A DNA stretch of 64,000 bases from Takakia lepidozioides (lineage: Eukaryota; Plantae; Bryophyta). The stretch lies in assembly GCA_030704615.1 (NCBI GenBank), contig CM060731.1, positions 23,622,001 to 23,686,000 of the forward strand, given 5' to 3'. Positions 1 through 14,183 of the stretch are shown in pieces. The notes under the pieces are model-generated. The model ran no database searches and had not been told where the DNA came from. It saw nothing but the letters and a program-made list of their open reading frames with translations. Within the stretch, counting starts at the first letter, position 1, and each line of letters opens with the position of its first letter. The position numbers were made by a program, and so were the translations under genes.

Positions 1-299
1 GGACGTCACTAAGCGAGCTCTTGACAAGTACCAATCATGGTGGGTTTCCATGCAATAGTTAATGCTCGTGTTAGGAGATGGAGGATCTCGAATCTGCCGA
101 AGTTGAATCAGAACCCATCATCTGAGCTAGCAATCAACAGTGACGACCTTAAGGTGTTGTCTTGATATTAAATGGAAGCAAAGCTTTGCAAGATGCGAAA
201 GGATTCTGATTGATGAAACATGGATTCTTTTCTTGCAATGAGGTGACGGACGGTAACTAGTCGTGTAGTCCCCGAAAACATATATTATAAGCTTAGCAG

Positions 300-3200
300 C
301 GTATTTCGGAAGTGCAGCTGCCTTCTTCTTCCTCCGGAAATTTCACATGCAATGCATTGTGCGGTACTATTTTGGAGGTCTACGCAGTTTCTGTATTTGA
401 AAAGAAAGAGACGATGCTGTTGATAATTTTAAGTGATTCAATGTTCAGTCCACGAGCCTTGACTCAGATCAGACAAGAAGACAACCCATGCTGACCACTG
501 TTACTGCACATTTGAAGAAAAATGCGAACCCGGGTGGCAGATGCCATAGCCGGCCCGTTCCATCTCCGGTGCAAACCGAACGGGCCGGTGCAAGGAAGGG
601 AGAGCTCCAAGATGAGAGTGGGTCTGGTGGATCGGCGGGTGCAAGACATAGATAGAATGAGTTCCGAATTTAGTGAGGCCGGGAGTTCAAATTGCCTGAT
701 TACATAACTCATTGTACCTCGCATTGACAAATGTCATGCTGCAGTGGGAGGTTGGCCGGACTGCATTTCCCTGTGAACAACACGGCCCGTTGGCCTAATT
801 GCGAGCTCGCACAGTGCAGAACCACTTGAGCAAACACGGCTCTTCGCTGTAATCGGCAAAGGGCGGACCCCACCTTCGTGTTGGGAGATCGTCGCGGCCG
901 GTTCTGAGATACTTCATCGTTCAGTGAGATTGTAGCTGGAACAGTAAGAAGAATGTGAGTTGGAGTTAAGACATCTGGAGAATCCTTGACCAGTTGGACA
1001 ATCTCCAGTTATTTTGCGACCAACCATGGGATCTCTTATCACTCGTCCCAAATCTTACTGCACGCAGGCAGAGAACAAAGGTAAAGACAAAGTTTGCTTA
1101 AAAACGAAAAAAAAATGCAGCGAAACTCTCACAGCGGCCATGCAACAACAGAACCTGCGAGTAAAGGAACCGTGAACACGGTTGGGGCCGACCTTGGAAT
1201 GCGCACCACCATGAATGCGTCCATGGACTTTTATGGTGGGCCCCGGAAGATTGCGGTGGAGATGGGTACAACTGCAGCAGTCCCACTCCCATCGCCACAG
1301 CCATCGCTCCCGGGTGTGTTACTCTCCTGAATCTGACCAAAGCTGCTAGAGTGAACGCGTCCGATTTTTTGGTTCAAAATAGCTTCGGCTGGTGACAGAA
1401 ACATGCTGACACAATCACAATCGTCTTCTTTTCTATGACCCAGTGGCGAAGCTTCTTGCAGGACGGCTCTTGCATCCATTGTCGGGCCCTGCTGATGATG
1501 ACAATTCCCAACTGGGCCAAGAACCCACCCTTTAAATAAAGCTGTACAGGTTTTCATCATCTTTTCAAGGGACTCCTCACTTGTATACTCGATTTCATTC
1601 AATTCACGTTACACGACCTTTCTGTTTCTCTTTATTCTTTATCCTTACCTGCCGGCCGTTCGAAAGGTTTTGAACACTTTACTACTGGAGACAAGAAAAG
1701 CAGCTATGTAGGTGTAGCAAATCTGGTCCTGTTGTATGGTCATTTGGTGGTCAAATCTAGTTCGAAGTTAAATTTTGACCTAGTAGTCAATCATTCTGCA
1801 TGTAGCAGATGTGAACTACAAAAACAGTTCAGCAGGACAAAAACCCACATGTAGTGCAGCCAGCCACGGGCTCTTGGGGTTGGTCATAGAGGACGGCTGT
1901 ACATGCATGCACGAAATTAAATACTGAATGAGGATCATATCCGTCTTCATACAACCGACATATGGGTTTTATCCGCCACCGTCCTCAGTACATAATCCAC
2001 AAGAATTGATCTAACATACAAGCTATTTAGGCATGGAATTTTAGCTATGTGTAAGAACATGGGCTTCCACCATCAGTCTGCATGTGTTAGTACTTCTCGA
2101 CAGACCCATGAGCTGAATTCGATCACTGGCAGAGGCCTCTGTCTTAAAGCAAACAAAGAAAAATGAAAATAAAAACGTATCAACCCAGATAATCACAACT
2201 CACGAGGCATCATGGATGACATCAGAAAATAATGCAATGAGTCTTCAATTATATGCAATCACTTGCAGATCTTTTGCAGAGGTGAAGGGGTGAGTCAGTT
2301 CACAGGTTTGTAGATTTGTCACTGTTTGTGGAGCTGAAATTGAGCTCACGCAAGCTTTTCATGGCAGGCCAGGATGATCCAACCTCTGGGCCCCGCGGCC
2401 TTGAAGAGCGCACCTTGAGAGGCTCCGATGGTACACTTCTACATAGCTTTGCATAATTAAAATGATTTGAAGAGGTGTGCTTCGTCAAGCCTTCGTCATT
2501 CTGTGCAGCAGTCTCGATAATTCCGCGTGCTAACAAAAGTGTGGCACAGAATGCAGATGCTCAGTTGGGAATGGATGCAATGCTTAGCTTGCTCCGACTT
2601 TCAGCCGGATCGTCTTCTGGACAATGAGATCCAGAACCTCTTATCACTTCAGAACTGAGATCAAATTACCTGTTATACCGGGTTCAAAGTCTGCTCCAGT
2701 TTTTAGATTGGAATTTGGATGCAGGACTGTTTGCTTATCGCCTCTCCCGGTGTTCCAAGGGGCAATGTACTGATTACTTGAAAACTACTCGAATACATTC
2801 TAACTTGTGGCCCATAGTAGTGAGCACACCACCCGACATAGTCCGAATGAACAAATTTGTCTTTATGCCTGCAACAACATACAAATGACCATCGCCACAC
2901 TGGCCCATTTCCCACTTGTACAATGCATCCCTTCTGGATATTCTTTCACTTGAGAGTTCATGAAACATTGTGTTGCATTGGAGACACAGCAACACCATAA
3001 ATGGTGTGCATTTCTCGTGCACACGTGACTTCTCATACTGTTATCTTCGGCCATAAGTAAAACATGTTTAACCGATGAAAGGGTGTTTGAGAATCCATAT
3101 CATTGATCATGTTTCAAAGAATCATGTCCCACAATAGTACTCAGTTCAAATAATGGTGGATGATTGGACTTGGTATGCCTGGTGGGTGTGAGGAGTTAGG

Positions 3201-4600
3201 AAGGGGACTCTTCTCTTGCCCAATCATGTCTAGTGCAATGGTTGGAACTTGGACATCATTGCTACTCCATTCTCCTTTCCAGTATATTGGAAGGCGCCCC
3301 CCAATTCACACACACAAAACTCCCAGCACATCATGCTAATATACTAACATACTAACACTCCCGACCGCTTCAACATGGATTTGAACCCAGGACCAGATTG
3401 AAGTGTTGAACGGAAGCAAGCTCTCTGCTGAGCAGGGTCAGGTCTGCCATCCCTCTCATCTGCCTTGCATGATCGCAGATGTCACTTGTGAATCGTTTGT
3501 TTTTTATGGGTGCCATGATCCTGAATCTGTCCACTGTTGTAAGACAGGGACGGCAGAAGGACAATGATATAGATATATCAAGACCCATTTGAATCATGCT
3601 GCAGAACAAGCGTCTCCTTCAGAGCATCTTTTCAGATTTCCAGGGAGTTAATGTGTCGCTCTCTTTCAGCTGAACTGTAATTGAAGATAGCTGTTAGCAG
3701 TGTAGATTGCGGTGAGGTACCAGGCTTCAATACATTCATGTCTCCTCGAGACACAAATAGCATCTCTGTTGCAACTTGTAAAACTTGTCAGCTCTCCACT
3801 GCACCCAGGTGTACATAGCGACTACGGGAATGGTATTAAAGATCCATCCGCTTTTCTTGACCTTGGAACATAAATACTTTGACTTGGTAAAATAATTTAC
3901 CGTAGCACGATACATCATTGTACTTCTTAGTCAGAGGGGTTTAATAACTGTGGAAGCCTGTCCGAACTACCTACCCTCTAATTCTTTGAGACTTGCCACT
4001 GGCCAGGCACCAAACTCTGCAATGCTCTTGAGCAGAGAACGCGATAATATGTTGTGAGGGCCACTTGTAAAACTAAATGAATCTGACTGCGCCCAGAGAA
4101 TAATGAGGTTGACTTGGTATATAACTTAAGTCGGTGGAGTCTGGCTGCAGCTGGCTGCGCACCTTGAAACAATCGCACCATTTCCCATCCAATAGCTGCT
4201 GACATGTATCCCGCTCCAAAATTCAAGGGAAAATTATCCTAGACTGGGGTTTTGCAATGGTTAAGCTACATCATGCAGTGGATGATCCGTTTCCTATCCA
4301 AACACCCAGAAACAAACTCGTTGGTTATGACGTTTATAACAGAATAGTTGTGAAGTTGAACCAAGGCTCCAGTGAATGACATGATAAAGACTGAAAGCTT
4401 GGTGTGCTGTCGCAGCTGAGCCTGACAGTTAATCTAGTGAGTTGTAAGCAGCTTATTACTTCAGACCGGAGAGCTGCAAGAAGATGACAAGATGGGCGAC
4501 AAGAGCAGTCTGATTGGCATGCTATCATGCATTTCAATCTGGGAGTCTGAGCCATTGCGTTAACTGTCATGGGCTTTGCAATGTCCCGTAACCCGTTGTC
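300..4600 (-). other. Decayed, unidentified coding-like region (possible TE accessory gene or pseudogene)
   Basis: Series of minus-strand ORF fragments (464-730, 1231-1602, 2300-2536, 2774-3022, 3370-4570) with protein-like composition, broken by stops; no family motif recognised. Confidence 0.2.
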
Positions 4601-7600
4601 CTCCTTGTGTCATGAATGCGATTGAACCACAGAGCAACTTTATCATTATTCCTTGTTTTTGTATAAACTGAAAGAATTTTGGAATGCGTCAGTGCGGTTC
4701 AAGAGAATATTATGCTCACTTATTGTGTCAATCTCTGTCCCACTCTCAGGTACTGAAATTAGGTAGGTCGGCCCTCCATAATTGTTACACCGTTAAACTG
4801 CCCTCAGTTTTGTCTGTTTCTTTGTTCAAAGACAAAAAGTTTAAGTGTGTTTAACATCTACATCGTACAGTACTACAGAGCCTACTGCTCAGGCCTTGGA
4901 GGGCACAATGGAAGGATTGATCCCCGGATCACCCTGCTTGCTTGTGTAAATGCAAGGCTCAAGTGGAGAGAGAGAGAGAGAGAGATCCGCCACTCCACTT
5001 AGAACCTGCGGAGGGTACGGTACTCAGAACCTCGGCATACTTTACATGAACCACTTGGCACCTGCACACTTGCTACTGAATGAAAACCCCTGTCCCCACC
5101 CCATTGCAACCTCACCATTGGCTGCTCCCACACCCTCTCTGCTTTGGATATTTAACAACTAAGTAACAGTTTTTGCTTAAGAGTGTAATTTCATTGCATG
5201 TAATTGTTTAGCTTTGTGGTGTTTGTTTTTTTTCTTTCTTTTTTTTAAGAAGAGGGACAGTAGCCTCAAGACTTTATAGATAATGGACTCAAATGTCCGA
5301 GAATTGCAGAGAGGAAAAATAACCTCTTGGTAAAGTGTCATATAGGCTGATAAGGGAAGGCTCTGCTTCGAATAATGCGGTTGGGAACTGCATAACTACC
5401 AGTTCCCAAACCAACAAGAACCAGTCGGACATGTTGAGAAACGCTAGGGTGGAAATTTTAAACTTAAAGGGGTCCGGAAAGGTAAATAAAATGGGAGCTT
5501 CCAAAACCCAGGCCACTGGAGGATCTCTAGCCAGTGTTTTCTTTTTAATTTTCAAAGTCGCCGGATGGCCACATGTAAATTTTATGTACTGAGGTAGCAG
5601 GATTAGAAAAGTGGCTATATGACATGTGGCACGTTCTAACAGGTTCACGGAGGAAAAATTAGGCTCCTGATATTCAACCACTCGAACTCTTTGGCAAAAA
5701 AATTTGATTTTTATCCCCCATAATTTCTTTGTACAAGTAGCTGACCCATTTTCCAGGTCGAAATCTGACGATTTTTTGCCAGAAAAAAAACACACTATCT
5801 CTAGCAAACCCCTCCGAACTTCCGCCCAACATTGGTTCACAGATGCAGGTAAGAGAAACACGGCTCGGTTAACTTAGCTCCGGCGCCTAACCAGGCTAGC
5901 TTTAAGTTAATCTAGCTATCTTTGTTCAAGCCTTCACACTTCCAACTTATCCTTACTATAAGTTAGCTAGCAATAGGGTGTTCACACGTACACAGGTGAA
6001 ACTTCACTTTACAATGAACATGTGTCATTGTCTTGTAATTTCCATGCTTCTTGCATATGTTTAGAGACTAGGAGGCAAAAGCTTCTCCAAGATTTGGGTA
6101 TCTTTTAGAGAAAAGGCAGCACCAAAATGCATAGAGCTTGATTTCAACCAAAACTAATCTATGTATGGCATATTCAACATTTTTTGGGGGACGGAGGCTT
6201 TTGGCTGCAGAGTAGATGCCCTTAAACTAGAGTATGCAAAGGAAAAAAATGATGTGCTCTATATACCTTGCAACCCTATGTTATGTTGCAGCTTTCTACC
6301 TCCGCTATGTCTGCATTGCGTTGAACATTCACTGGTTCACACGCAGATTTGAGGAGAAATCTGCGCGGTCATTGATTAGGGCGCACTCTCTTCATTGCAC
6401 ATTGAGCTCCTTCTTGCATGTCGATGAAGCTTGATCCAAGCATAGCCTCCACTCCATGCTCCCTCGCGGCGGTCCACTCCACGCTCCTCCGTGACAGTAC
6501 AGTCTTGTGGTAGTCTCCACGCTCCTTGAAACACTCTATGTTAGGTCAAGGAGAAAGCAGGGGGATGGCAAGCCAACGTGGCAAGGATGTGTGCACCTGT
6601 TAGCTTAAATGACCTATTTCAGGCCCATTACCTTTTACACCAAACTACTCTAGATCTCAGTTAGTGAGATGCACTAACTATTATGAGTGCTAGTTAGTAT
6701 AAGTGTAAGTGGGCACCTAAACCCAATAGTTAGCTCACTAAGGAAATGGAGGATAAAGATGTCATTTGGAGGCACTGCAAAATCCATCTTCTCAAGAACA
6801 AGGCCCAGCTAGATTTTGGGGCCTAGTTGCCCTTTTTGTACTATCTGTTTTGACACTATCTTGTTGCTCTATGCTAAATTGGTCTCTATTCCTCTCTAGC
6901 CTCTTTTTTTTTAAATTTCTTTGTCCGGGCTATAGCCTTTTGGCTCTCGATCTTGTGCTTCACCAAAGCTCTTTGCTCTCTCACTGTCGTCTGTGTACTC
7001 TGGTAACAGGTGGTACTGCATTTTGCTGGCGAAACCCATTTTTTGGGTGGTTCTTGGGGATATTTTACACATAATGTTTTACCAAATGTCCCATTGTTTA
7101 CGCGCGCTGATCTTTGAGTTCTGACACATATATTTGTGGGTCTTTGAGCTCACGTGAGTCAAGCTTTCGAGGATTAATTTCATTAATTTTTGTCGCGTGA
7201 GCACGATTATCAGATAGTTTCGTATTTTTTTCGCATGAGCACATTTTGGTTTCACTATCGCATATTCTCCGGATTATTGGAGAATATGTGAAATATGCCT
7301 TTGTGCTCATGTTGGCTGGCGTGAGCTTGCTCACATGCTAGCCCAACCTCCAGGTCCAGATCCTGGTTTTTGAAATTGGGAAAATCCGGGTTTGGGTTCG
7401 AATCCGGGTATTTGAACACGGTCTCGGATCAGGGTCCGGGTAGATGCTGGAAAATATTAGTAGGTTTCACGGGTTCGGGTCCGGGTCCTAATTAATTGAT
7501 TAAATAGATTAGAAAATTAAAAATAATTAGAAATACAATTATATTGGCTGAAAAAAACTAAATCCTAATGGTAAATTTTAGACAAATTCTTTCAAGATGT

Positions 7601-7948
7601 ACCATACATATATATGGCTCCATCATAAATTATATACATGATGCCACAAAATTTAAAATTTAATCTAAAATCCACTCATCAATTTCAATTCTTAAAACAT
7701 GGTAAGAAAAATGATATGCCTGATAGGTCATTATAGCAAGAAACCCACACACCACGCGCAAGTAAGGTAACCTCGCCCAACTCCACACCCCACCTAAAAC
7801 CGTCACATATTAAAAACCCCCATTCTCAACATAAAGGCATTGCAAATCCGTGAGATCATGATGTCCAGGGTTCACACAGAACATATGTTTAGACACCATT
7901 GGATGAAGAATCGTTTAGGGATGCCGAGAATGGATGTGTGTGCTGATG

Positions 7949-8099
7949 GGAATGGGTGAGTCTACCGAGGTGAATAGGTGAGTGTACTAGCATGAATAGA
8001 CAAGCCTACTAACATGAACAGGTGAGTGTACTAGCATGAATAGGCAAGTCTACTAACATGAACAGGTGAGTGTACTAGCTTGAACAGGCGAGCCTACTA
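7949..8099 (+). repeat. Tandem minisatellite, 22-bp units alternating A/B (44-bp higher-order period), ~6-7 units
   Basis: tgaa(t/c)aggtgagtgtactagca alternating with tgaatag(a/g)caag(c/t)ctactaaca from 7971. Confidence 0.9.
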
Positions 8100-8135
8100 T
8101 TATTTATTTATTTATTTGGGTTTGATAACCAAGTG

Positions 8136-8210
8136 GTAGCCCAGTGGTAGTAATGGGCGATACCACCCATGATCGGTGTCACAAAGTTATAATTTACGCT
8201 TCCTTCGGGA
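8136..8210 (+). mobile_element. Internally deleted copy of the tRNA-like SINE family also present at 23338
   Basis: gtagcccagtggta(gta)atgggc..ataccac head and ttacgcttccttcgg end shared with 23338-23478. Confidence 0.45.
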
Positions 8211-10715
8211 GGCATCATATATTATTGTGAGTCTATTTCTAAAAATTTGTACCTAATTCGTACTCCAAAAATTAATAAACAACTTGGGATGGGTTCCAAA
8301 TTACATTGCCCATATGGAAACAATAACTGATCGTAAAACAAAAAGGTCCTTTTAGATGTATTTCTTATTCATTCGGTTTTGGGTGAGGTTACCTTATAAG
8401 GTGAGTGTCACATTTTATTTTATGTATTATGGAAGGGGCAAGGTGCTGCCCATTCTGCCAATCAGAGGTTACAGACCTTAATGGTCTTTTTTCAAAGTCA
8501 AATTGACGACAAGGTTAAGATGAGCAGCTCTACGACCTCTAATCGGCTGGACATCGTAATGGGAGGTACAAAATCAAGGCTATGATTGTGCCATAGCATA
8601 TTGTGCCAGCAGCACTGCATATTCTGCTTCTCAATTTGCATCTAAAACGGCATAATCTGCCTAAGAAATCCTTAATGTATATTTATATATATATAGCAGA
8701 TTTTGGACCCACTAGGTGAGTCCGAGTTCATTTTTGAATGAACCACGGGTCTGGGACCGGGTATTTGATGACGTTGGGGGTTCGGGTCCGGATCCAGGTT
8801 AACCAGATCCTAACCGGCCGCCAGGTACCCAGGGTCGGGACCCATATTCGCATAACACTAAAGCATATTATTCACAAACTAGAATATCCTATTGATTCCT
8901 GAATATCCTAAGAATATGATACGGCGAAACGAAAATATGCTCACGCAACAAAATTGCAAAACAACTACTTCAAAATTTGTGTTCACACGAAACTATCTTT
9001 TTTAATTTTTGTTCTTTTTTTTGGGGTTTGTTTCGGCAACAAAACTCATTGTGCTCGTGTGAGCACCAATTTTGAGATAGTTTCAATAGCGAGATATTGC
9101 TGTTTATAATATTATGATATTAGAAGTATTGGTTTGCTATTAAATATTACCACAATGTTTCTCACCAATTGCACCTGGGGCGTGGCCAGTTTTGGGTTTT
9201 TGGAACATCACTATTATCCATGCCCATAGTAGCTTCTTATCTTCAACATTTAACTCATAAAACAATGTGTACATAAAATGAGCACGACAAACAAGTGTGT
9301 GGTCAAGTACAAGCTCACATCGATGTTTAAAAATATTTCTTGACGTAAGTAAGCGTGCACTTCAAACATAGCAACAAAAATCAAGAGAGGAGTTGTTGGA
9401 GTTCTAATTTAAAATAAGCATGAGATGATATTGTCATGCTCCCCAAGTTGGAGTAATCGTGCTAGGGTGTCCACAAAAGTGTAAGCCTCTTGCTTTTTGT
9501 GTTTTTCATTTTTTTTTGTTTTTTTTTCCCTATTCGAAAGATTGTGGGAACAATGAGTAGGCACTCAATGGTTCTAGGCTCAGAGGCTCATGACTATGTC
9601 AAGCTCCCATCCTTGCCTTGCAAAAGAGTAAGTGACTACGGTGTTGCAAGTGGGCGGGCCCTCAATGATTTTATGCATTCCGAATGGAAACGTGGCACAT
9701 CAAAGAGCCAATTGTTTACGCTTGATTTTGTTTGTCTCCTTGAGGTACGGTCCTTCGTAACAAGTCTTTCCAAAAGGTATTTGTCGATGTGGGTAGAATA
9801 TTGGAAAGTTGTTGAGACACGAAATGTCCTTAGATACAATAGAGAAAGACATGATTACATACCGGTTGGACTTCAATACCTCCATGCCCACTTCCGTATC
9901 TACATGCAAAAAACCATATGTGGGAGAAGAATGTTGAAATTGTGATCTATTAATTTGCAAGCAGAATTAAGATTTTGTGAAAAGATATTATATTTGGTTG
10001 ATCTATGTTTCTAACAACCCTCTATGCTTTGGACAAGCACATTTGCTCCTAAAATACTAGTGCCTCTTCTAGGTTACTTCAAGAATTTGCAAGCCAAAAG
10101 AAATTTCAAGTTAATATTGTTTTCACCCACACAATGGTCTTACAATCTAATGACCCGACGGAAGCAAACCACATTCACATGACCAATATTAGATTTGCAG
10201 TCAATGAGTTGTGTGGGAGTCTATGTCTCTTTCCAACAAATGTCCTCTTAATTATGGAGAGTTTGGTTGATCAGCTCTAATGTTATGTAAGTTGTTGTAT
10301 TCTAGTGACGACCAAAGGTCACAGACTAATTTTATTGTGGAACAGGGATAGGGTGCCATAGAACCATGTCATCATTGACATGTCATTATCAGCCACGTGA
10401 CACGTCAACGTCATCATTTTTTTTGGCTGCCCGGACCCAAAAGAAATTGAATTTTCAAAATTTTATTTTGTGAATCTGCTCTAATCTTTTTTACTTCACA
10501 CATTTGATGTAAATGTTACAACACTTCTAGATATTAATTATGATAAACCACTAAACATAAATCAATGGTATGCCTCGAAACCCTCACAAGATCAATTTTT
10601 TGGTTTTGTTGTGAGCACGTTTCAATTTACCAATATACTACAATATAGTATATATATTATAAATAGTAATACCAATAGCTAATGAAATGTCAAAACTCTT
10701 AATGTTATATTTTAT

Positions 10716-11696
10716 TAGGGTAGCCTATGCCGTTGGCCCAAGTGTCCAGTGTCATCTAAGTCCAAGTGGAATCCCCTATATATCCAAGTGTGTCTCCGAG
10801 TCGTGATACCATGGTATTTATATATTACACGAGTAATAAAACGCGGGGACTCGAACACAGGAACACCGTGGTTTTATTTATTTATTTACTTATTTATTGA
10901 CTATACCAGGCCAGCCTTCAGTTTGAGGCTTTTTTGTCTTTGGCTAACCTATTGTTGAGTGAAACTCTTATATTAAGTAGAAGTCGATGTCCCATTAAAG
11001 TGTCATGCTTATGATGGATGAAATGTTTCCCCGCTGCAAAATATTTCTCTTTTCATGCAGCCCCGCTAGAAGGGTACGTGCATGTCCCGTTTTGCCAGAA
11101 TTAGGCAGCGTCGGTATTAATTTTTTTTAAATCAAAACATATAATGTAATAAAATTAATAGATCAATATCTTAATTGTCTAAAATATAGGTAAGAGATCA
11201 ATATATGAATCAAGACGTTTGTTTTGTTTTGTTTTGTTTTGTAGCGTCGTTGAGATCTCCCAAACCGCGGGGCCGACCCCTGGTGCTTGGTGCGTTGGAA
11301 AGCCCTCGATGAGGAGGGGTGCACCGGCTTGGTCTCATGATTTTTGGACCTGCGGTGTGGGAGATGTGGAATTTCAAGTACGTTGGGTCGCTGGAAATTC
11401 GGGAAAATTTGCAAAATGGGTTTTCCTGGAGCAATAGTTGGAGCCTCGAGAGATATCAAGGGAAAGGTCTCCGGTTAAATCTGGTGGAGGCTATGTGGAA
11501 AAAAAAATGATGGGATATGGCTAAATGGTTAGACTTAGATGACATAGATGACATTGGACACTTCGGCCAATGGCACAGGCTACCCTAGAGGTCGCACTTG
11601 GGCCTCCACATAGGAGACGCACTTTGATTCATATGAGATCTTGCATTTGGGCTTAGATGACATTGGACATTTGGGCCAACGGCACAAGCTATCCTA
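10716..11696. mobile_element. Non-autonomous TIR element (MITE) with ~45-bp TIRs starting TAGGGTAGCC; right end tandemly duplicated
   Basis: 10716-10760 tagggtagcctatgccgttggcccaagtgtccagtgtcatcta is the reverse complement of 11545-11587 and of 11654-11696 (109-bp direct duplication); no TSD found. Confidence 0.75.
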
Positions 11697-12430
11697 GATG
11701 TCGCATTTGGGCCTCGACATAGTCCTCTTTTTCTTCTTGCTTTTTGTCATGCTTTGTTTTATATATAATCTTTGCGGATGACAATTTTAACTTGATTGTG
11801 TTGCAACTATGCACTCAGCTTTGAAGTTTTACTTTGTAACCATTACCCCTTCGCTTTGGGACCCTACTCCCCCCACTGGCAGACTGTAGTGTTGTTGTTT
11901 TTAGCTAGGTTGTTGTTGCCATACCTTATGATTGTTGGTTGTTTCGTACAACTCTGACTCATTTTCAGGGTAGATTTTAGGCCAAGCCAATCGTTCTTAT
12001 CATGTGATTATATTGTAAAAAAGAAGCTTATCAAGAGGGACACATTGTGGTCCTGGCAGCACACGTTGGGGAGGATGCATTTGAGATGTCAAATTGAATA
12101 TAATATGTCTAGCCACCTGATCCATGTCATCATATCATCCTACATTTCATCATAATCTCCATAATATGAGAAATGTGAGAGATTCACCAATAGAATGTAA
12201 TGCAATGCACATGAGCTTAAAGTCATATAGAAACAAACACAAAATCCTCATGTCAAATGTCAGCCTTCTTAGCCTCTACCAAAAACAAAATTAATCACAT
12301 GTATATATATATGAAATATAACCATTTGATTATAAAATGATTGCAAGAGATGTTATAGGCATACCCGTAGACATCTGTATCTTCGATTTTTTTTATTCTG
12401 GTGGTGGAGGGTACCATGGCCTCTCGCGAC

Positions 12431-14180
12431 CTAAGTCTCTGGAGTTTTTTCCAGAACTGTTATCAGAAAACGTACCGGGATCAGGAACACAGTTGCTAGT
12501 ACGTTTAAGCCACCAGGTAGGTCCTCCACATTCTCTAGATCACTGATTATACGCAACAAATCATTTTTCCACACGGTTCTCATGCCTACAACAGGTTGGG
12601 CTAACAGATATCGAACCTTTTGTGACGTGCACGACTCTAGCAGAGTCTCCCACGACTGTTGTGGCGCAACAGAAAATACTTGAGCAACTTCGTTCCTATT
12701 GTTTTCTCTTCGTAATTTCGAGAAGTACATGTTTAGCTCATCCCGAACTGAAAATTCTCCCCCTTCCGTGAGGGCAATAAGGCAGCCAATCAGCATTAGT
12801 TCATCTATGTATGTCTTCTCAGTCTTTCTCATGCAATACTTAAGCCACTGATTCTCAAGCTTGTTGTCTTCAAATCGGTGAAGGTAAAATTATGCTTGTA
12901 TAGGAGATATAATACTTTCCCTTGGCATCCTTTTTCAATGGTTCAAAGTTTACGTTCGCGTTTGCGAGTTTGTTTGCCAAAGTTTTGTCCTTCAAGTGCA
13001 AGTATAACCTCATAGCCAGAGTTTCCATAACATCGACTGCTGCCATGAGCTTAGGGTCACATGTGAAACGCGTACAATGCTAGATAAATTCCAAATGGGA
13101 TACCCGTTGCGAAATATGCTTGCAGCCATACCGACTTAGTAGACATACCACAGTCTGTTTTAGAGAATTCATTTGGAGTATTAATAACTAGCTCTTCAAG
13201 GGTTGGAGTTTGCTTGAGCCATGTCAATTCTGGTGATAAATGTTGGCATGTGGGTTAGACTTAAGAGTTCCTACAGTGCTTCATATTTAGAGACGATTGA
13301 ATTGGGCAGTAAAGTGTGCTTGCTGTCCTAGGGCATTGTTCTATGGTCTGTTGGAATTTGTAAATGGAGTGTTTTCTTCATGAGATAGCTAACCTTTCAG
13401 CATGAAAGGATTTTGCTTGATGGCTGTGATTTGAGTAGATTGTCAGATGTTAGGTTCAAATGTCAAGATAAAGTTTTCTCTTGCTGAGGCCACAGGTTTA
13501 ACCATCGCCATACCTTGGGTTTCCACTGTAGGAATTGCGAGACGCGGCTTGATTTGTGGTGGATTCCATGATGCACATAGATGCACCTCTTCGCTTTCCT
13601 CCAGGCCAAGTCTCTGTTTCTTAGAGGACTCAGATTTGGTAAATATGTTGAGTCTGGAGTCCGACAATGTTATGGTGGTGGTATGCTCTATTGCTTCACC
13701 CTCACTTCTTCTAAGTGACCTTTTGGGTTCTTGATACACTCTTATGTTTTTCTCTTGTTCTATTGTGTCGCATTTGGCTTTACTGTGGAAATAATAAATT
13801 CTTTCTCTTTTTTCTTTGTCTCTGCACTTACATAACATCAGGTTGTCCTCTTCTGTGTGTAATCATAACCTCAGGTAGTTGAATTTGAATAAGTTTATAG
13901 TTTGGTTTATGTGGTAAAAATTGCATTGATTTTTGCATATGCTCATTTGTAAGTAGTTCATATATCCCAATGTTGGACACCTCGCTACATGTTGACCTCA
14001 AGTTGCTTGAGCACCAAACCCTTGAACACCAAAAACTCATACCGCTAAGTGCACGAGATTGAAAGAAAAGATCGAACTTTGTTTCAAAGCGACTGTACAC
14101 ACCAATCTTTTCAAACCACATTACTGTTTGTCTCATCATGTGCTGTGATTCTATCATGAAATTGAACATGACTACATAGT
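12431..14180 (-). pseudogene. Frameshifted unknown ORF downstream of and co-oriented with the Plavaka-like transposase (putative accessory gene)
   Basis: Consecutive minus-strand ORF pieces 13828-14187, 13443-13838, ~12900-13190 and 12431-12832; no recognisable domain. Confidence 0.3.
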
Positions 14181-14183
14181 TGT

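Larger units (their letters stand above)
7224..8955. mobile_element. Degenerate foldback/MITE inverted repeat enclosing a non-autonomous hAT-like insert
   Basis: 7224-7280 (attttttcgcatgagcacattttggtttcactatcgcatattctccgga) is an imperfect reverse complement of ~8900-8955. Clustered CGGGT/ACCCG/GGTCCGG subterminal-type motifs at 7350-7490 and 8700-8850. Confidence 0.45.

Noticed and set aside
5289-5861. 190-aa minus-strand ORF
   Set aside because: Lies in TE-terminus-like sequence with homopolymer runs; no domain
7949-8099. CRISPR-like array
   Set aside because: The spacers are homologous to each other and to the repeat; eukaryotic context with no cas genes
9490-9945. 151-aa ORF as a gene
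   Set aside because: Begins in a poly-T tract and has no recognisable motif; may be a TE remnant but unsupported
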